Origin: Gracilinanus agilis
Taxonomy: Eukaryota
Assembly: GCF_016433145.1 (NCBI RefSeq)
Contig: NC_058132.1
Coordinates: forward strand, 27,802,654-27,866,653
DNA length: 64,000 nt
Direction of reading: 5' to 3'
The position numbers were made by a program, and so were the translations under genes. Positions 39,839 to 51,060 of this stretch are shown here, piece by piece. The notes under the pieces were generated by a model. The model did not search any database and was not told the DNA's origin. It saw only the letters and a program-made list of their open reading frames with translations. Position 1 is the first letter of the stretch, and each line of letters starts with the position of its first letter.

Positions 39839-39931
39839 ACATTGGGCGGCATATCAGTCCATCAATAAGGCTTCGGTTTGGACCACAGAAGTCCAGATGG
39901 AGGTCAGGATGCAGGGGCAGGACCTGGATCG

Positions 39932-40027
39932 TTAACAGAGGTCGCCATATGCCACGCACCGGAGGTCTTGTGTCAGGAGTCGGAAGAGGGTGAGCATGAC
40001 TGACGTCTCTAGACAGCTCTGAGATTC
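39932..40027 (-). CDS. IFNL3: Interferon lambda exon 5 (last)
   Basis: cctcag|ESQSCLETSVMLTLFRLLTQDLRCVAYGDLC-TAA; 96 nt. Confidence 0.93.
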   Translation of the reverse strand, partial: ESQSCLETSVMLTLFRLLTQDLRCVAYGDLC

Positions 40028-40194
40028 CTGAGGAGAGTTAAGACAAGTGGATAAGGATCCTCGGGGAGATCGGGAGTCTCCCTGACCCTAAACCCCACTC
40101 CTCCAGACCCTGGGCTCCCTTTGACACCACCCCTTTTCTAACCCAGGGTACCACAGCAGCCTAGGTAGGAAGCCCGGTTCCCTTTGTGACTCAC

Positions 40195-40278
40195 CTTCTT
40201 CCCAGCCTCAATGAGCCTGTGTAGCCAATTGTTTGGGTCTCCCGGAAGCTTGTGTCCTCTAGAGGGCAGGGGAGTAAC
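40195..40278 (-). CDS. IFNL3: Interferon lambda exon 4
   Basis: atacag|VTPLPSRGHKLPGDPNNWLHRLIEAGKK|gtgagt; 84 nt. Confidence 0.92.
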
Positions 40279-40427
40279 CTGTATGAACAGAGAAGGGGCT
40301 TGAAGTCTGGAGGTAAAAGGGAAGGGGACCCAGGCATTTGATGGTCTTGGAGAGGGGAGAAGGAACCAGGCACTCCAGCCTCTCCTTCTCACCGAATGGT
40401 TCCAAGGCACTCGGGAGACAGACTTAC

Positions 40428-40571
40428 ACAGCTTTGGATCTCCCGGTAGATGTGGCTGAGGGTTTGTAAGGGTTGAGTCAGAACATCCTCCATTTCAGGG
40501 TTTTTGATGCCTTTCAAGACCTCCAGAGTCAGTTTCAGCTCAGCCTCTAAGACTACAGGACGATCTGCTGG
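40428..40571 (-). CDS. IFNL3: Interferon lambda exon 3
   Basis: caacag|PADRPVVLEAELKLTLEVLKGIKNPEMEDVLTQPLQTLSHIYREIQSC|gtaagt; 144 nt. Confidence 0.93.
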
Positions 40572-40760
40572 CTGTTGGGGGATAGATAAGAGGTGATGGG
40601 TGAAGGAGAGGCAGGTGAAGAGGACAGGGGAGGGAAGATAGGGGAGGAGAGACAAAGAAGGGGAGAGGAAACTGGGGAGAAGAGATGGGAAGAGAGACTG
40701 AGGGGAGAGCACAGATGAGAGAGAAAGGTGATGATGAATGAATAAAGTCTCCTTTCTGAC

Positions 40761-40838
40761 CTGTAGTTGCCGAAAGTCCCAAGCCCTGTGGAAGAATCTG
40801 GAGCTGCATTTCCTCTCTTTCTGAAGCATGGACTTCTC
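40761..40838 (-). CDS. IFNL3: Interferon lambda exon 2
   Basis: ccaaag|EKSMLQKERKCSSRFFHRAWDFRQLQ|gtcaga; 78 nt. Confidence 0.93.
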
Positions 40839-41240
40839 CTTTGGGAGTGAAAGAAGAAAAAGGTTTGTGACTTTTCTAGGTCCTTCAGTTCTCTGGAAGG
40901 GTTCCAAGTGTTCTCTGTCACCTTGACTCCCAGGGAATACAGGGAATAGAGTCTAAGGGCAGCGATAGTGCGTGTAGCATCCAGAGTTTTAGCAAATAAA
41001 AGCTGGAAACACAGAGGAAAAGATGGAGCTCAAGAAGAAAGGCTTGAGGTTAGACCTAAGTGGGAGAGATGAATCTTGGACCCCAGTAAGAGGTCAAGGC
41101 TAGATCTAGAACTACATTAAGCTGGGATTGAAGATAGGGGGAGGTAAACAGTAGAGGTTAGATCACCAGTAGAAGGAGAAAGACTAAAAAGCAACATTAC
41201 AGAGGATATGAAGTCCTCTCCCAACCCTGCAGAGACTCAC

Positions 41241-41414
41241 GTAGGTATCCTTAGCCATTTTGAAGGCTTGCATCTCCCGAGGCGAAAGAGACTTGAACTG
41301 GGCAATCTGACAGCTCCTCTCCAAAGGAAGGCTGGCGGGAGTCGGGGTAAGGGACCTCGACATCCCCATAGTCCACATAGAAAAGACCAACGTGAGGCTT
41401 CTAAGAGCGAACAT
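41241..41414 (-). CDS. IFNL3: Interferon lambda exon 1 (signal peptide and helix A). IFNL1/2/3-type; one-to-one orthology to IFNL3 is not implied
   Basis: MFALRSLTLVFSMWTMGMSRS-LTPTPASLPLERSCQIAQFKSLSPREMQAFKMAKDTY|gtgagt; all introns phase 0; total 576 nt = 191 aa; six Cys matching the three IFNL2/3-type disulfides. Confidence 0.9.
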
Positions 41415-41457
41415 GGTGTAGAATCAATGTACCGTGGAGGCAGCCCCATGCCTACAG

Positions 41458-41607
41458 TTTTAACCAGCCAGGCTGGAGATTCCCTTTGATGTAGGAAAAA
41501 TGGAACTAAGAAAAATCCACTGCTCCTCTCAAATGAAAAGCATGAAGTTAGGCATCTCAGGTGTTCTCAGGTATAGAAAGCAGGGAATGGGAAAGGGAAA
41601 CTGAAAG
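41458..41607 (-). promoter_or_regulatory. IFNL3: IFNL proximal promoter: TATA-like TTAAAA, NF-kB site and IRF/ISRE array
   Basis: TTAAAA 41458-63; GGGAATCTCC on minus (41475-84) fits GGGRNWYYCC; GAAAGGGAAACTGAAAG 41591-607; additional GAAA cores ~41535-41546. Confidence 0.85.
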
Positions 41608-41679
41608 CAGAAACAACCTCCAACGGGACTCATCACCTAGAGGCAATTCCCTTCTGTGCCTCCACCTAGGGCACTCACT

Positions 41680-42800
41680 TGCCTTCTTCCCTCCCCATTT
41701 TCTCCCTCTCATCTCATCTCCCACCTCTCTGTCCTCCATCTTATTTCCATCCCTATTTCTTCTTTTTCTTTCCTTGTCCCTCACTTATCTTCTTTTCCTG
41801 CCTTGGATCTGTCTATCCTGGACTCCCTTCATCTCTCCCCTTTTTGCCTCTGTCTTCCCTTCCCTTCCCTGCAATCCCATGTTTCCCTCCTGACTTCCCC
41901 CTCTTCCTCTCATCTGCCCATTGGCCCTTAATTTCCTCCAAGTCTTTTCCCTGCCTTCACTATTTACATCTTTTTCTCCTCTTTTCCCACACCAACATCT
42001 ATCTTTTCCAACTGTATTCTTCTATCGTCTTCTCCCTCTTCCCTTGTCTCTTTCTCTATCCATCTCTTCTGCCCTTCTCTGTGGTTTCCCTTTCACCTCT
42101 CTATCTTCTCCCTGATTCCGTCCCTTCTTCCTCTGACCCTGTTCTCTCTTCCTCTTCTCTTGCATCTCTTTCCCCTCTTCCTATTTCTTTCTTCCTTCCC
42201 TAAGTTTATTCTACCTCCCTACCCATAATTTTCCCATTCTATCTTTGCTCCCTCCATCCTGGCTCTCATTCCCTCTTTCTTCTGCTTCCCCTCCTTCCAT
42301 CCCTCTAACTTCTTTCTACAGTTCTCTCGTTTATGGATCATCAGTAACAGACATCCTCTTTGGGTTAGTTTTTTGCTTGTTAAGTTTTGCTTGTAAAGAT
42401 ATGACCTGAGATATTTTTCTGAGACTTTTTTCTTTCCCGTGGCTTCACATTTCTCCTTTCCCCCCAAATCTGGCATTCTCCCTTCTCTCTCCCATCTCTT
42501 CTCTCCCCATGTCTCTCCTTTCATCACATTTCCCCTCCCAATTCCCCTTTTCCCCTCCACCCCATCTCTTCTTTCTCCTTTTCTGTCTTTCTCCCATTAT
42601 CTCTTCTCCCTCCTTCACCTCTCCCCTCTCTCTTCTCTTTTCCCCTCTCTCTCATCTCTTCCCTTTCATCACATTTCCCCTCCCAATTCCCCTTTTCCCC
42701 TCCACCCCATCTCTTCTTTCTCCTTTTCTGTCTTTCTCCCACTATGTCTTCTCCCTCCTTCACCTCTCCCCTCTCTCCTCTCTTCCGCCCCAATCTCTTC
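41680..42800 (+). repeat. Long polypyrimidine low-complexity tract containing a 145-bp-period direct repeat
   Basis: Almost G-free + strand; unit cctttcatcacatttcccctcccaatt... starts at 42517 and again at 42662. Confidence 0.85.
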
Positions 42801-43189
42801 CCTCTTTTATCAAATTTAAAGGAAAGAGCTATACACCTAGTGTCCAGGAGACCTAAGATCTTTTCCCTGCTCTGTCCATGACTCTTTAGTCAAGAAGATT
42901 CTCTGCTGTAAGTCTGTGTGACCCTGAACAAAATCATTTATTCTCTCCCAAATTCAGTTTCTTCATCTGTAAAATGGGGATAATAAAACTTATAATACTT
43001 TCCTCACAGGGTTTTTGGGAGAATCAAATCAGATAGTGTATATTAAGTGCTTTGCAGTCCTTACAAACATATAACTGTTAGTTATTATTATTATTATTGG
43101 AATCTTTTGTTTCAAAGAGAAGCTTGAAGTTGTTAAAAATGTAATTTTCCAAAGCAAACTTTCCTGCTTTCTTTTTGAGTTTTTAAATT

Positions 43190-43380
43190 AAAAAAAAAAT
43201 AAAATAAATAAACCATTACCTTCCAACTTAGTTGGTTGGTTCTAAGATAGAAGAGTTGTAAGCACTAGGCAATGGGGGTTAAGTGGGTTGCACAGGGTCA
43301 CACAGCTAGGAAGTATCTGAAAGTGGATTTGAACCCATGACCTCTCCTCTCTAGACCTTGTTCTTAATCTGCTGAGCAAA
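43190..43380 (-). mobile_element. SINE1_Mdo/MAR-like SINE
   Basis: Reverse-complement core and tail. Confidence 0.75.
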
Positions 43381-43772
43381 CTTCCTCACTTTCTTTTTCC
43401 ATACCATTCTGGGCTTAGCTCATAGTCCATTTGCAATATCTATACAAAACACATATACTGCTAGAGGAGTCCTATACATTGTCCATTTATATATCATAGT
43501 CTAAACAATTGGCATTCTTCATTCAATTGGTTTTTTCCTAGGTGGAGAGTTCAAATAAAATATTTAGAATAATTATGAATCTCATGCAGAAGGTTGAAAT
43601 AACCTATCACTCAGAGCAATGGAAGCAGCATCTTCCCTAAGCAGGAGTGTCCAGAGTATGCCATCTGTTGGGAATCTGAGCTGAATCTCCCCATTACTTG
43701 TTGTTCATGAGCAGAGGATCATTGAATATGATCCTGATGAATGAATGTGAAATGCCTTCTCTCTCTCTCTAA

Positions 43773-44492
43773 TGTGATAATGAGTAAACCTATCCTGCCC
43801 ATCTTTAGATTTAATCACCAAAGATGAAAACACCACCACTTACTTCACAAGTTGGGAAGTCTGTAACCCACATGTGCAAGAGTGGGTGATGAATCAGAAT
43901 TGACTGACTGCCCCCTGGGCAGTCCTAAGCAAAGCATCTGTTGTGATTGGACACGTAAATTAAGAGGAAGGCACAGGAAGTGACAAAAAAGAAGTGCCTT
44001 TAAAAGGGAATGACAACTTCCTGTGGGTCAGTTCTTGTTCCTTTTCCTGGAGTTGGAGCTCAAGTTGGAGATGCTGCTTGCTGGACCTGAGACCTGAGAC
44101 CTTGGTGAGACTGTTCTTAAATCTTTCCCTTAGAACTACATGTGGCAAGTGAAGAAGGCTGATTACCTTAGCCTCCCTGGAGGCACTAGCCTCCTGGAAG
44201 CTCCCTTGATTGGGAGAAACCCTCATGGCTAACCCCTTGTTAATTGACTTTTAGGCTCTCCAGCTGGAACCTCTGGAGTCCTGCCAGAGTAAAGCCAGGG
44301 ATTGAGTACATAGTCTAGTTCTTTAAGCTAGATCTCTTACTCTACCCTCTTCTCATCTCTTTACTTCTATTCTCTCTCCTATATTTTATAAATAAATTAC
44401 TAAAATCATTTTAGAATTGATATTTATTCATATATCAACCACACTTTTAAATATTAATATCCAAACCCCAAACCCCCTTTTCCCCTTTTACA
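43773..44492 (+). mobile_element. Putative solo LTR (ERV1-like)
   Basis: TG...CA ends with near-TSD ctaa/ctag; ATTGG, TTTAAAA and AATAAA in LTR-like order; boundaries uncertain. Confidence 0.45.
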
Positions 44493-44684
44493 CTAGAGAG
44501 CCCATGAGAACATTTTGCTTTACCAAATGAAATGTTTTTATATGTCTATATAAACAGACATGCATATTTACACATATATTTTCACCAAAGAATAAGTGGG
44601 ATCTTGTATTTCCTCCTCAACTGTAGATTGTAAAAGATCCCTGCCCACTGTTCTCCTCTACTGCTCTCATCAGTGATGTCCAAG

Positions 44685-44685
<1 letters not shown>

Positions 44686-44728
<43 letters not shown>
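44686..44728. repeat. (TG)~21 microsatellite
   Basis: Uninterrupted TG run. Confidence 0.97.
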
Positions 44729-44732
<4 letters not shown>

Positions 44733-46165
44733 TATTCTCATAAAATATTTATATAGATGGGAAAGGAGGCCTGCCCATGAGTTGGTAGTGATTGATGTCC
44801 TCTTTGGGCCATGTTTGGCTTGTAATGATATGGTCTGAGATGTTTTTCTGAGACTTTTTTCTTTTCCCCTTGGTTTCACGTACCTTGGGAAGCATCCTCC
44901 CTGGAGCCCATAATTCTTTGTTCTCTTCTGTGCTACTTCCATTTTCTCTCTTAGCACATCTGGGACTATGCTGTTAGAGACCAGAAGGGGCAACTCTACT
45001 GGCCTTGACAGTGAAAAGGTGTGACCCATGCCCACACAGTGCTTTGGGATATGATTTCTTGAGGGAGGGTGACGCAACATGGCATTAATTGAGCATGGAA
45101 AAACACAAATCCAGGGGACATGGGAGAAGACAGAGAAACTAATGCCCTGGAGAGTTTGAATTCTGAGAAAAGAAGCCCAAGACTGGAGGAAGGAATAGAG
45201 ACTCTGTTGCTATTGCCCAGAATCAATTTTTCTCCCCTGATTTTTCTCCCCTTTGCTTTCAAGAGGGATTTCCTGTCACCTGTTTGAGATGTGGGGGTTG
45301 GGGGAAGTTATAGTGCTGCATTAGTAAGATCTGATGCTTTCTACTGTTCATGTTAGCAGATGGCAGTGGACTTTGGAGATCAGAACCCTATTTTACCAGA
45401 ACTGGGAACCTGCTATGTTTGGGACTGGCCTGGAAGAACTGTGACCACAGCTGCTGGGGCAATCAAAACCTGTGCTACCTTGCAGGAGTTAACACGGTCC
45501 AGAAGGCCAACTGTTGAGAGACCAATGTGCCAAGATGAATGTGGCTAGAAATTACAGTTTCTGAAAATCCCTTTGGTTGGGAAGAAAGTAGGGATATCTG
45601 TCTATGTCTCTCTGTCTACATATTCCACTGATCACAGAGTACTGGCCTTCAGGTGGCATCTCAGACATATAATTCCCTCCAGTCACACACATACACATAT
45701 TTTTCCCATGACCTGCAGGGTCAGAGATGTAAGTGTTTTGAAACTGTGCCTCTGACATCTCAAAAGAACAGCAGAAAGACAAGGAGAAGGAAGTTTGGGG
45801 ATCCTTTTGGGGTTGGAATACTCCAAGGAAACATGCTGAACTGTTTTTCCTACATTTTTATAGTCTGATAATTCCCTGGAGCCTTATGAATTGAGAGGGA
45901 AGAGATTGTTCCAACAGAGAAAAAGTAAGTCCGGTGAAGGATTGAGAACTCTGCCCTGTCTGCAGATCAATGATTTCATATTTTTATTTTTTTTGAGTAG
46001 TATTTCATAATCCTCTAATCCAAGTTCAAAACTTGTCCAGAGTAGGTTTTCTTTTGTTTTACTTGCCCATCTGTTTAGAGGCAGGGTTCTTAGTGGGGTG
46101 AAGGAGGCTTGGGTTCATGGTACCAGAGAGACCCGGAGGAGACCACTTGGTTGGTGATTCGAGTC

Positions 46166-46184
46166 TAGTGCCATCTGGTGGACA
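46166..46184 (-). promoter_or_regulatory. Strong CTCF motif
   Basis: Minus strand TGTCCACCAGATGGCACTA; the core CCACCAGATGGCAC matches CCASYAGRKGGCRS with no mismatch. Confidence 0.6.
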
Positions 46185-46677
46185 ATTCAATCTCATGTTC
46201 CCCCAGGATAATGGACCAAGTGACCCTTACTTCCTGGAGGTTTAAGGATGATAATACAAGAACTGATGGAGGCTACTTACCCAGCTGCTGTGGCCCACTT
46301 GTCACATGGAATATCCACCAAGTGTCCCACACAGCCCACAGGTGTCACATAAAAATATTTTTACACATCTTCCCCAACTTGAATCTTTTATGTTGTCTTC
46401 CTTCCAATTTCATTTTTAAATGCCCTCAGGATGAATTTGTTTTCTTGCCAAGCTTTCTCTAAATTTGTTTGTCCTTTCTCTGATTCTCCCTGCTTCCTGA
46501 AACAAAACTGTTCAAAGTCTTCTATAACATTTTACAGTGTATATTCTAAAACTGGTGCTGCCCTTGCCTGCCATATCTCTCCACCTGGCAAATAGATCAA
46601 CTACTTGCTGACTCAGACAAACTTTTGGTCTTCTTATTATGGCAACTGATTTATATTGGCTAAACTTCTTCTTCCTC

Positions 46678-46892
46678 TTTTTTTTTTTTTTTTCAATTTT
46701 AAACCCTTACCTTCCATCTTGGAGTCAATACTGGGTATTGTCTCCAAGGCAGAAGAGTGGTAAGAGCAAGGCAATGGGGGTTAAGTGACTTGCCCAGGGT
46801 CACAGCTAGGAAGTGTCTGAGGCCAGATTTGAACCTAGGACCTTCTGTCTCTAGGCCTGGCTCTCAATCCACTGAGCTACCCAGCTGCCCCC
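46678..46892 (-). mobile_element. SINE1_Mdo-like SINE
   Basis: Full head-to-tail element; flanking repeat taaacttct (46661-69, 46907-15). Confidence 0.88.
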
Positions 46893-47952
46893 ACCCCCAC
46901 CCCCGATAAACTTCTGTAAGAAATTATTAAAATCTGTGTCAATGTCCATTCCTCCATCCATTTCCTATTTGGAGGTATCAATAACTCTTTTCAATGGACC
47001 AGGTTGAAGATTCTTTGACTGTCTGCCAAATTTTACCCCTAATTTTAAATAATTTATTCTAGTTTTATATTTGTAACTGGTGGTCTGCCCCACTCCCAAA
47101 TTCTGGGCTCACATGAAATGGTTCTAATTCTAAGGACTTTCTCCAAAGAGGATCAGTTTTCTTTTTTCTTCTTTAACCTTCCCCATCCCCATCCAGGGCT
47201 AATCCAGGAAAAACTCCATAATAAATCATAGCTCATGACTCAGGTCCTAAATGTGGGTAAAAGGGTCCCCAACCCACATAGGTACTCAACATAGAATAAA
47301 GGTATTAGGGATAGGGCAGCTCTTATTTGATTCTATAGGAAATATATAAAATGATAAAGACTTGCAGGAAATACAGAAAGATAACATGCATCACCTTCCT
47401 CTGGAAAGGAACTGAATTTGGGGTTGCTTTTAGGGCCACCATCTATCAATCTCAGGAATCTCTCTTACCTATTGAGTCCTATATAAGTTCCTCACACCTG
47501 TGATTCTATTCTGTAGTACAGTCACCCTTCCTAGAAAGTAAGTATGCCATAGGAATTTCTGAAAAAGCACTCTGCTTTCTATGGGATCTATACTTCCTGA
47601 GTGAAGGAGTCTCTCTGGCCTTCTCCCCCCACCTTAGCACTTACAGGTTTCAGTTTGGATCATCAGACCCAGGAAAACTCCAAAGGACTCATGATGAAAA
47701 AGGCTATCTGCCACCATGGGATACTGATGGGATGAGTTCAGAAAAACCTGGAAAGATTTATATGAGCTGATACAAAGTGATCCAGGAGAACAATGTATAC
47801 AGCAACAGAAAAAAACACAGCAACAAAATATACAGCAAAATATCACCTGTGAAGGACTAAACTATTATCAGCAAAATGAGGTTCCAAGATAATGCCATGG
47901 GACTCATAATAAAAATTCTTTTCACAGCCAGAGAAGGAACTGTTGGAGTCTG

Positions 47953-50369
47953 AATTTGGATTCTTTTTTTCCATATATTTTGTTGATAACTCACATTCCT
48001 CCCTTTCAGAACTGCCTGTTTTTGTCTTTTTGATAACTCACTAATTAAGAAAGACATCTTTCTTCCTTTCTTCTGTCTTTCTATTTTTCTTAGAATCAGT
48101 ATGGATTCTAAGGCAGAAGAGCAGTAAGAACTACACAATTGGATTTAATCGACTTGCCCAGGGTCACACAGTTAGGAAGTGTCTGAGGACAGATTTGAAC
48201 CCAGGACCTCCCATCTCCAGGCATGGGGCTGCTGCTGCTCCCAGGTGAAAAGCATGAAGCCAGATATGTCAGGTGTACTCAGGTATGCAAGGTGGGGACT
48301 TGGAAAGGGAAACTGAAAGAAACAACCTCCAATAGTAGTCATCACCCAGAGGCAGCTCCCTTCTGTGCCTCCACCTATGTCACTCTCCCATCTTCTTCCC
48401 TCCTCTTGTTCCCCTTTCCATCTCATCTCCCACCTCCCTGTCCTCCAGTTGATGGACACCCCCTTAATTTCCAGTTCTTTGCCTGTGGTGTATAATTATA
48501 ATGGAAAACTATTGTGTGCCATAAGAAATAATGAGCAAGATGATCACCAAAAAACCTGGAAGAACTTATATGAAGTCACGCAAAGTAAAGTGAACAGAAC
48601 CAGGAGAACATTGTACACAGTAACAGCAATAAAGAGTACTGATCAACTGTGAATGACAGCCATTATTCACAATGCAAAGATCCGGGACACCTCCAGGGGA
48701 CTCGTGAGGAAAAACACTATCCACGCCTATAGAAGGAATTGATGGGATAAATTCAGAAAAACCTGGAAAGATTTATATGTACTGATATGAAGTGAAGTGA
48801 GCAGAACCAGACACTGTCTATAGTAACAGAAATATTTTTTGATGATCAGCTATGAAGGACTAAACTATTATCAGCAAAACAAGGTTCCAAGGTAACCCCA
48901 AAGGACTCATGATAAAAAAAAAAATGCTATCCCCAGCCAAAGAAGGAATTATGGGAGTCTGATTGTGGTTCAAAGCACACCATCTTTCCCTTTATTTTCT
49001 TCATGAATTTTTTATTGTCTGTGTTGTATGTATCTTCTGCCATGGCATGGGGAATATGGAAATGTGTATAGTATGAAAGCACTGATATAACCTGTATAAC
49101 ACTATCTAGTGCCTTGGGGAGGGAGGGAGAGAATCTGAATCACAAAATGTCAGAAAACAATCATTAAAAATTGTTTCTACAGAGGGTAGCTGTGTAGCTC
49201 AGTGGATTGAAAGTTAGTGTCTTCTTTCACATTATGATGGACGTGGAAATTTGTATTGTATGATATAATTCATGTACGATCTTTATCATATAACTTGCCA
49301 TTTGGGGAGGGGTAAAGGGGAAGAGGGGAGGAGAGAATGTAGACAGAAAAAAGTCAGCAACCAATTATTGAAAATTGTATTGACATATAATCTGAAAAAA
49401 AAATTTTTTTTAAAGAGGAGACCCATAAGGTAGCACTATAAAACTGAGATAGCAGTCCCTTTCTTCTCCCTTCCTCCCCCACTCCCCAAGGCAATAAATA
49501 GTCTGATACAGGTTATATCAGTGCTTTCATACTATACATATTTCCATATTTATTATATGACTTCATATAAGTTCTTCCAGGTTTTTTGGTGATCATCTTG
49601 CTCATTATTTCTTATGGCACACAATAGTTTTCCATTATAATTATACACCACAGGCAAAGAACTGGAAATTAAGGGGGTGTCCATCAACTGGAGGACAGGG
49701 AGGTGGGAGATGAGATGGAAAGGGGAACAAGAGGAGGGAAGAAGATGGGAGAGTGACATAGGTGGAGGCACAGAAGGGAGCTGCCTCTGGGTGATGACTA
49801 CTATTGGAGGTTGTTTCTTTCTGCTTTCAGTTTCCCTTTCCAAGTCTCCACTTTGCATACCTGAGTACACCTGACATATCTGACTTCATGCTTTTCACCT
49901 GGGAGCAGCAGCAGCAGGATTTCAAATGGAATGTTCTATGGTCTTTTAAAACTCAACATGTTCACAAGAAAACATTGTACACCATAAGAGCAATAATTGT
50001 GGCTTTTTAATTCACTGAGCCACCCATGCTGAACAGTATTCTAAAGAAAAGATGGGGCAGCTAGGTAACAGAGTGGATAGTGCACCATGCCTGGAGATGG
50101 GAGGTCCTGGGTTCAAATCTGTCCTCAGACACTTCCTAACTGTGTGACCCTGGGCAAGTCACTTAAATCCAATTGGATAGTCCTTACTGCTCTTCTGCCT
50201 TGGAAGGAAGGAAGGAAGGAAGGAAGGAAGGAAGGAAGGAAGGAAGGAAGGAAGGAAGGAAGGAAGAAAGAAGTCTTTCTTAATGAGTTATCAAAAGACA
50301 AAAATAGGCAGTTCTGAAAAGAAGGAATGTGAGTTATCAACAAGCTATATGGAAAAAATATCCAAATTA
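47953..50369. repeat. Inverted repeat: left arm ~47953-48578, right arm ~49558-50369, ~1 kb spacer
   Basis: 48228-48578 vs reverse complement of 49558-49915 differ by 3 substitutions and one 7-bp indel; SINE remnants and flanks 47953-48226 pair with 50085-50369. Confidence 0.92.
50202..50266. repeat. (GGAA)~16 microsatellite
   Basis: Pure GGAA run replacing a SINE tail. Confidence 0.95.
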
Positions 50370-51060
50370 CTCATAGATAAAGCACTAGATAGAAAAGGAA
50401 TTTAATAAGCAGAACCATTGTACACAGTAATGTCAATATTGTGGGATGATCAGCTATAATAGACTTAGCTACTAACAATACAATGATCCAGGACAATTCT
50501 GAGGGACTTATGAAAAATAATGCTATCCGCATCCAGAAAAGGAACTGTGGGAGTCGGAATTCTGATGAAAGCATATGATTTTTCACTTAAGTTTATTTGC
50601 GGTTTTGGTTTTACATGATTATTCTCTTACAAAATTGATCAGTATAGAAATATGTTTTGCTTGATGATACATGGATAACCCAGATAGAATCACTTGACAG
50701 TTCCAGGTGAGGGAAGGGAGAGAGGAAGGGAGGGAGGGAGAAAAGTTTAGTCATATAACTTTGGAAAACTTACATGGAAATTTGTTATTACATGTATTTA
50801 AAAAAAAAACCTAAAAATTAATAAATGGGAAAAAACCAACCCAGATCAAATTTCTTGCCAGCAAGTGGGGAAAGGAAGACAATTTGGATCATATTGATAT
50901 ATGGGTGTATGGACTTCCCCTAGACACCTCCAAAATCCCGAACATGTCCCAGGTCAGAGAGTACATAAAGAATTCATTTTCCCTTGCATTCCTACAGTGC
51001 TGAGGGAAGATGACCTTGAGTTGAGAGGAATATCCCTTCTGGCCTCTCCCTTCATTCTTT

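Noticed and set aside
41237-41449. Out-of-frame strong-Kozak ATG (41449) overlapping the IFNL start as an inhibitory uORF
   Set aside because: Only ~10 nt downstream of the TATA-like box, so probably upstream of the TSS and absent from the mRNA
47730-48960. Direct similarity between 47730-47950 and 48735-48960 as another local duplication
   Set aside because: Both look like fragments of the same abundant L1-type 3' region; cannot be told apart from independent insertions without the consensus
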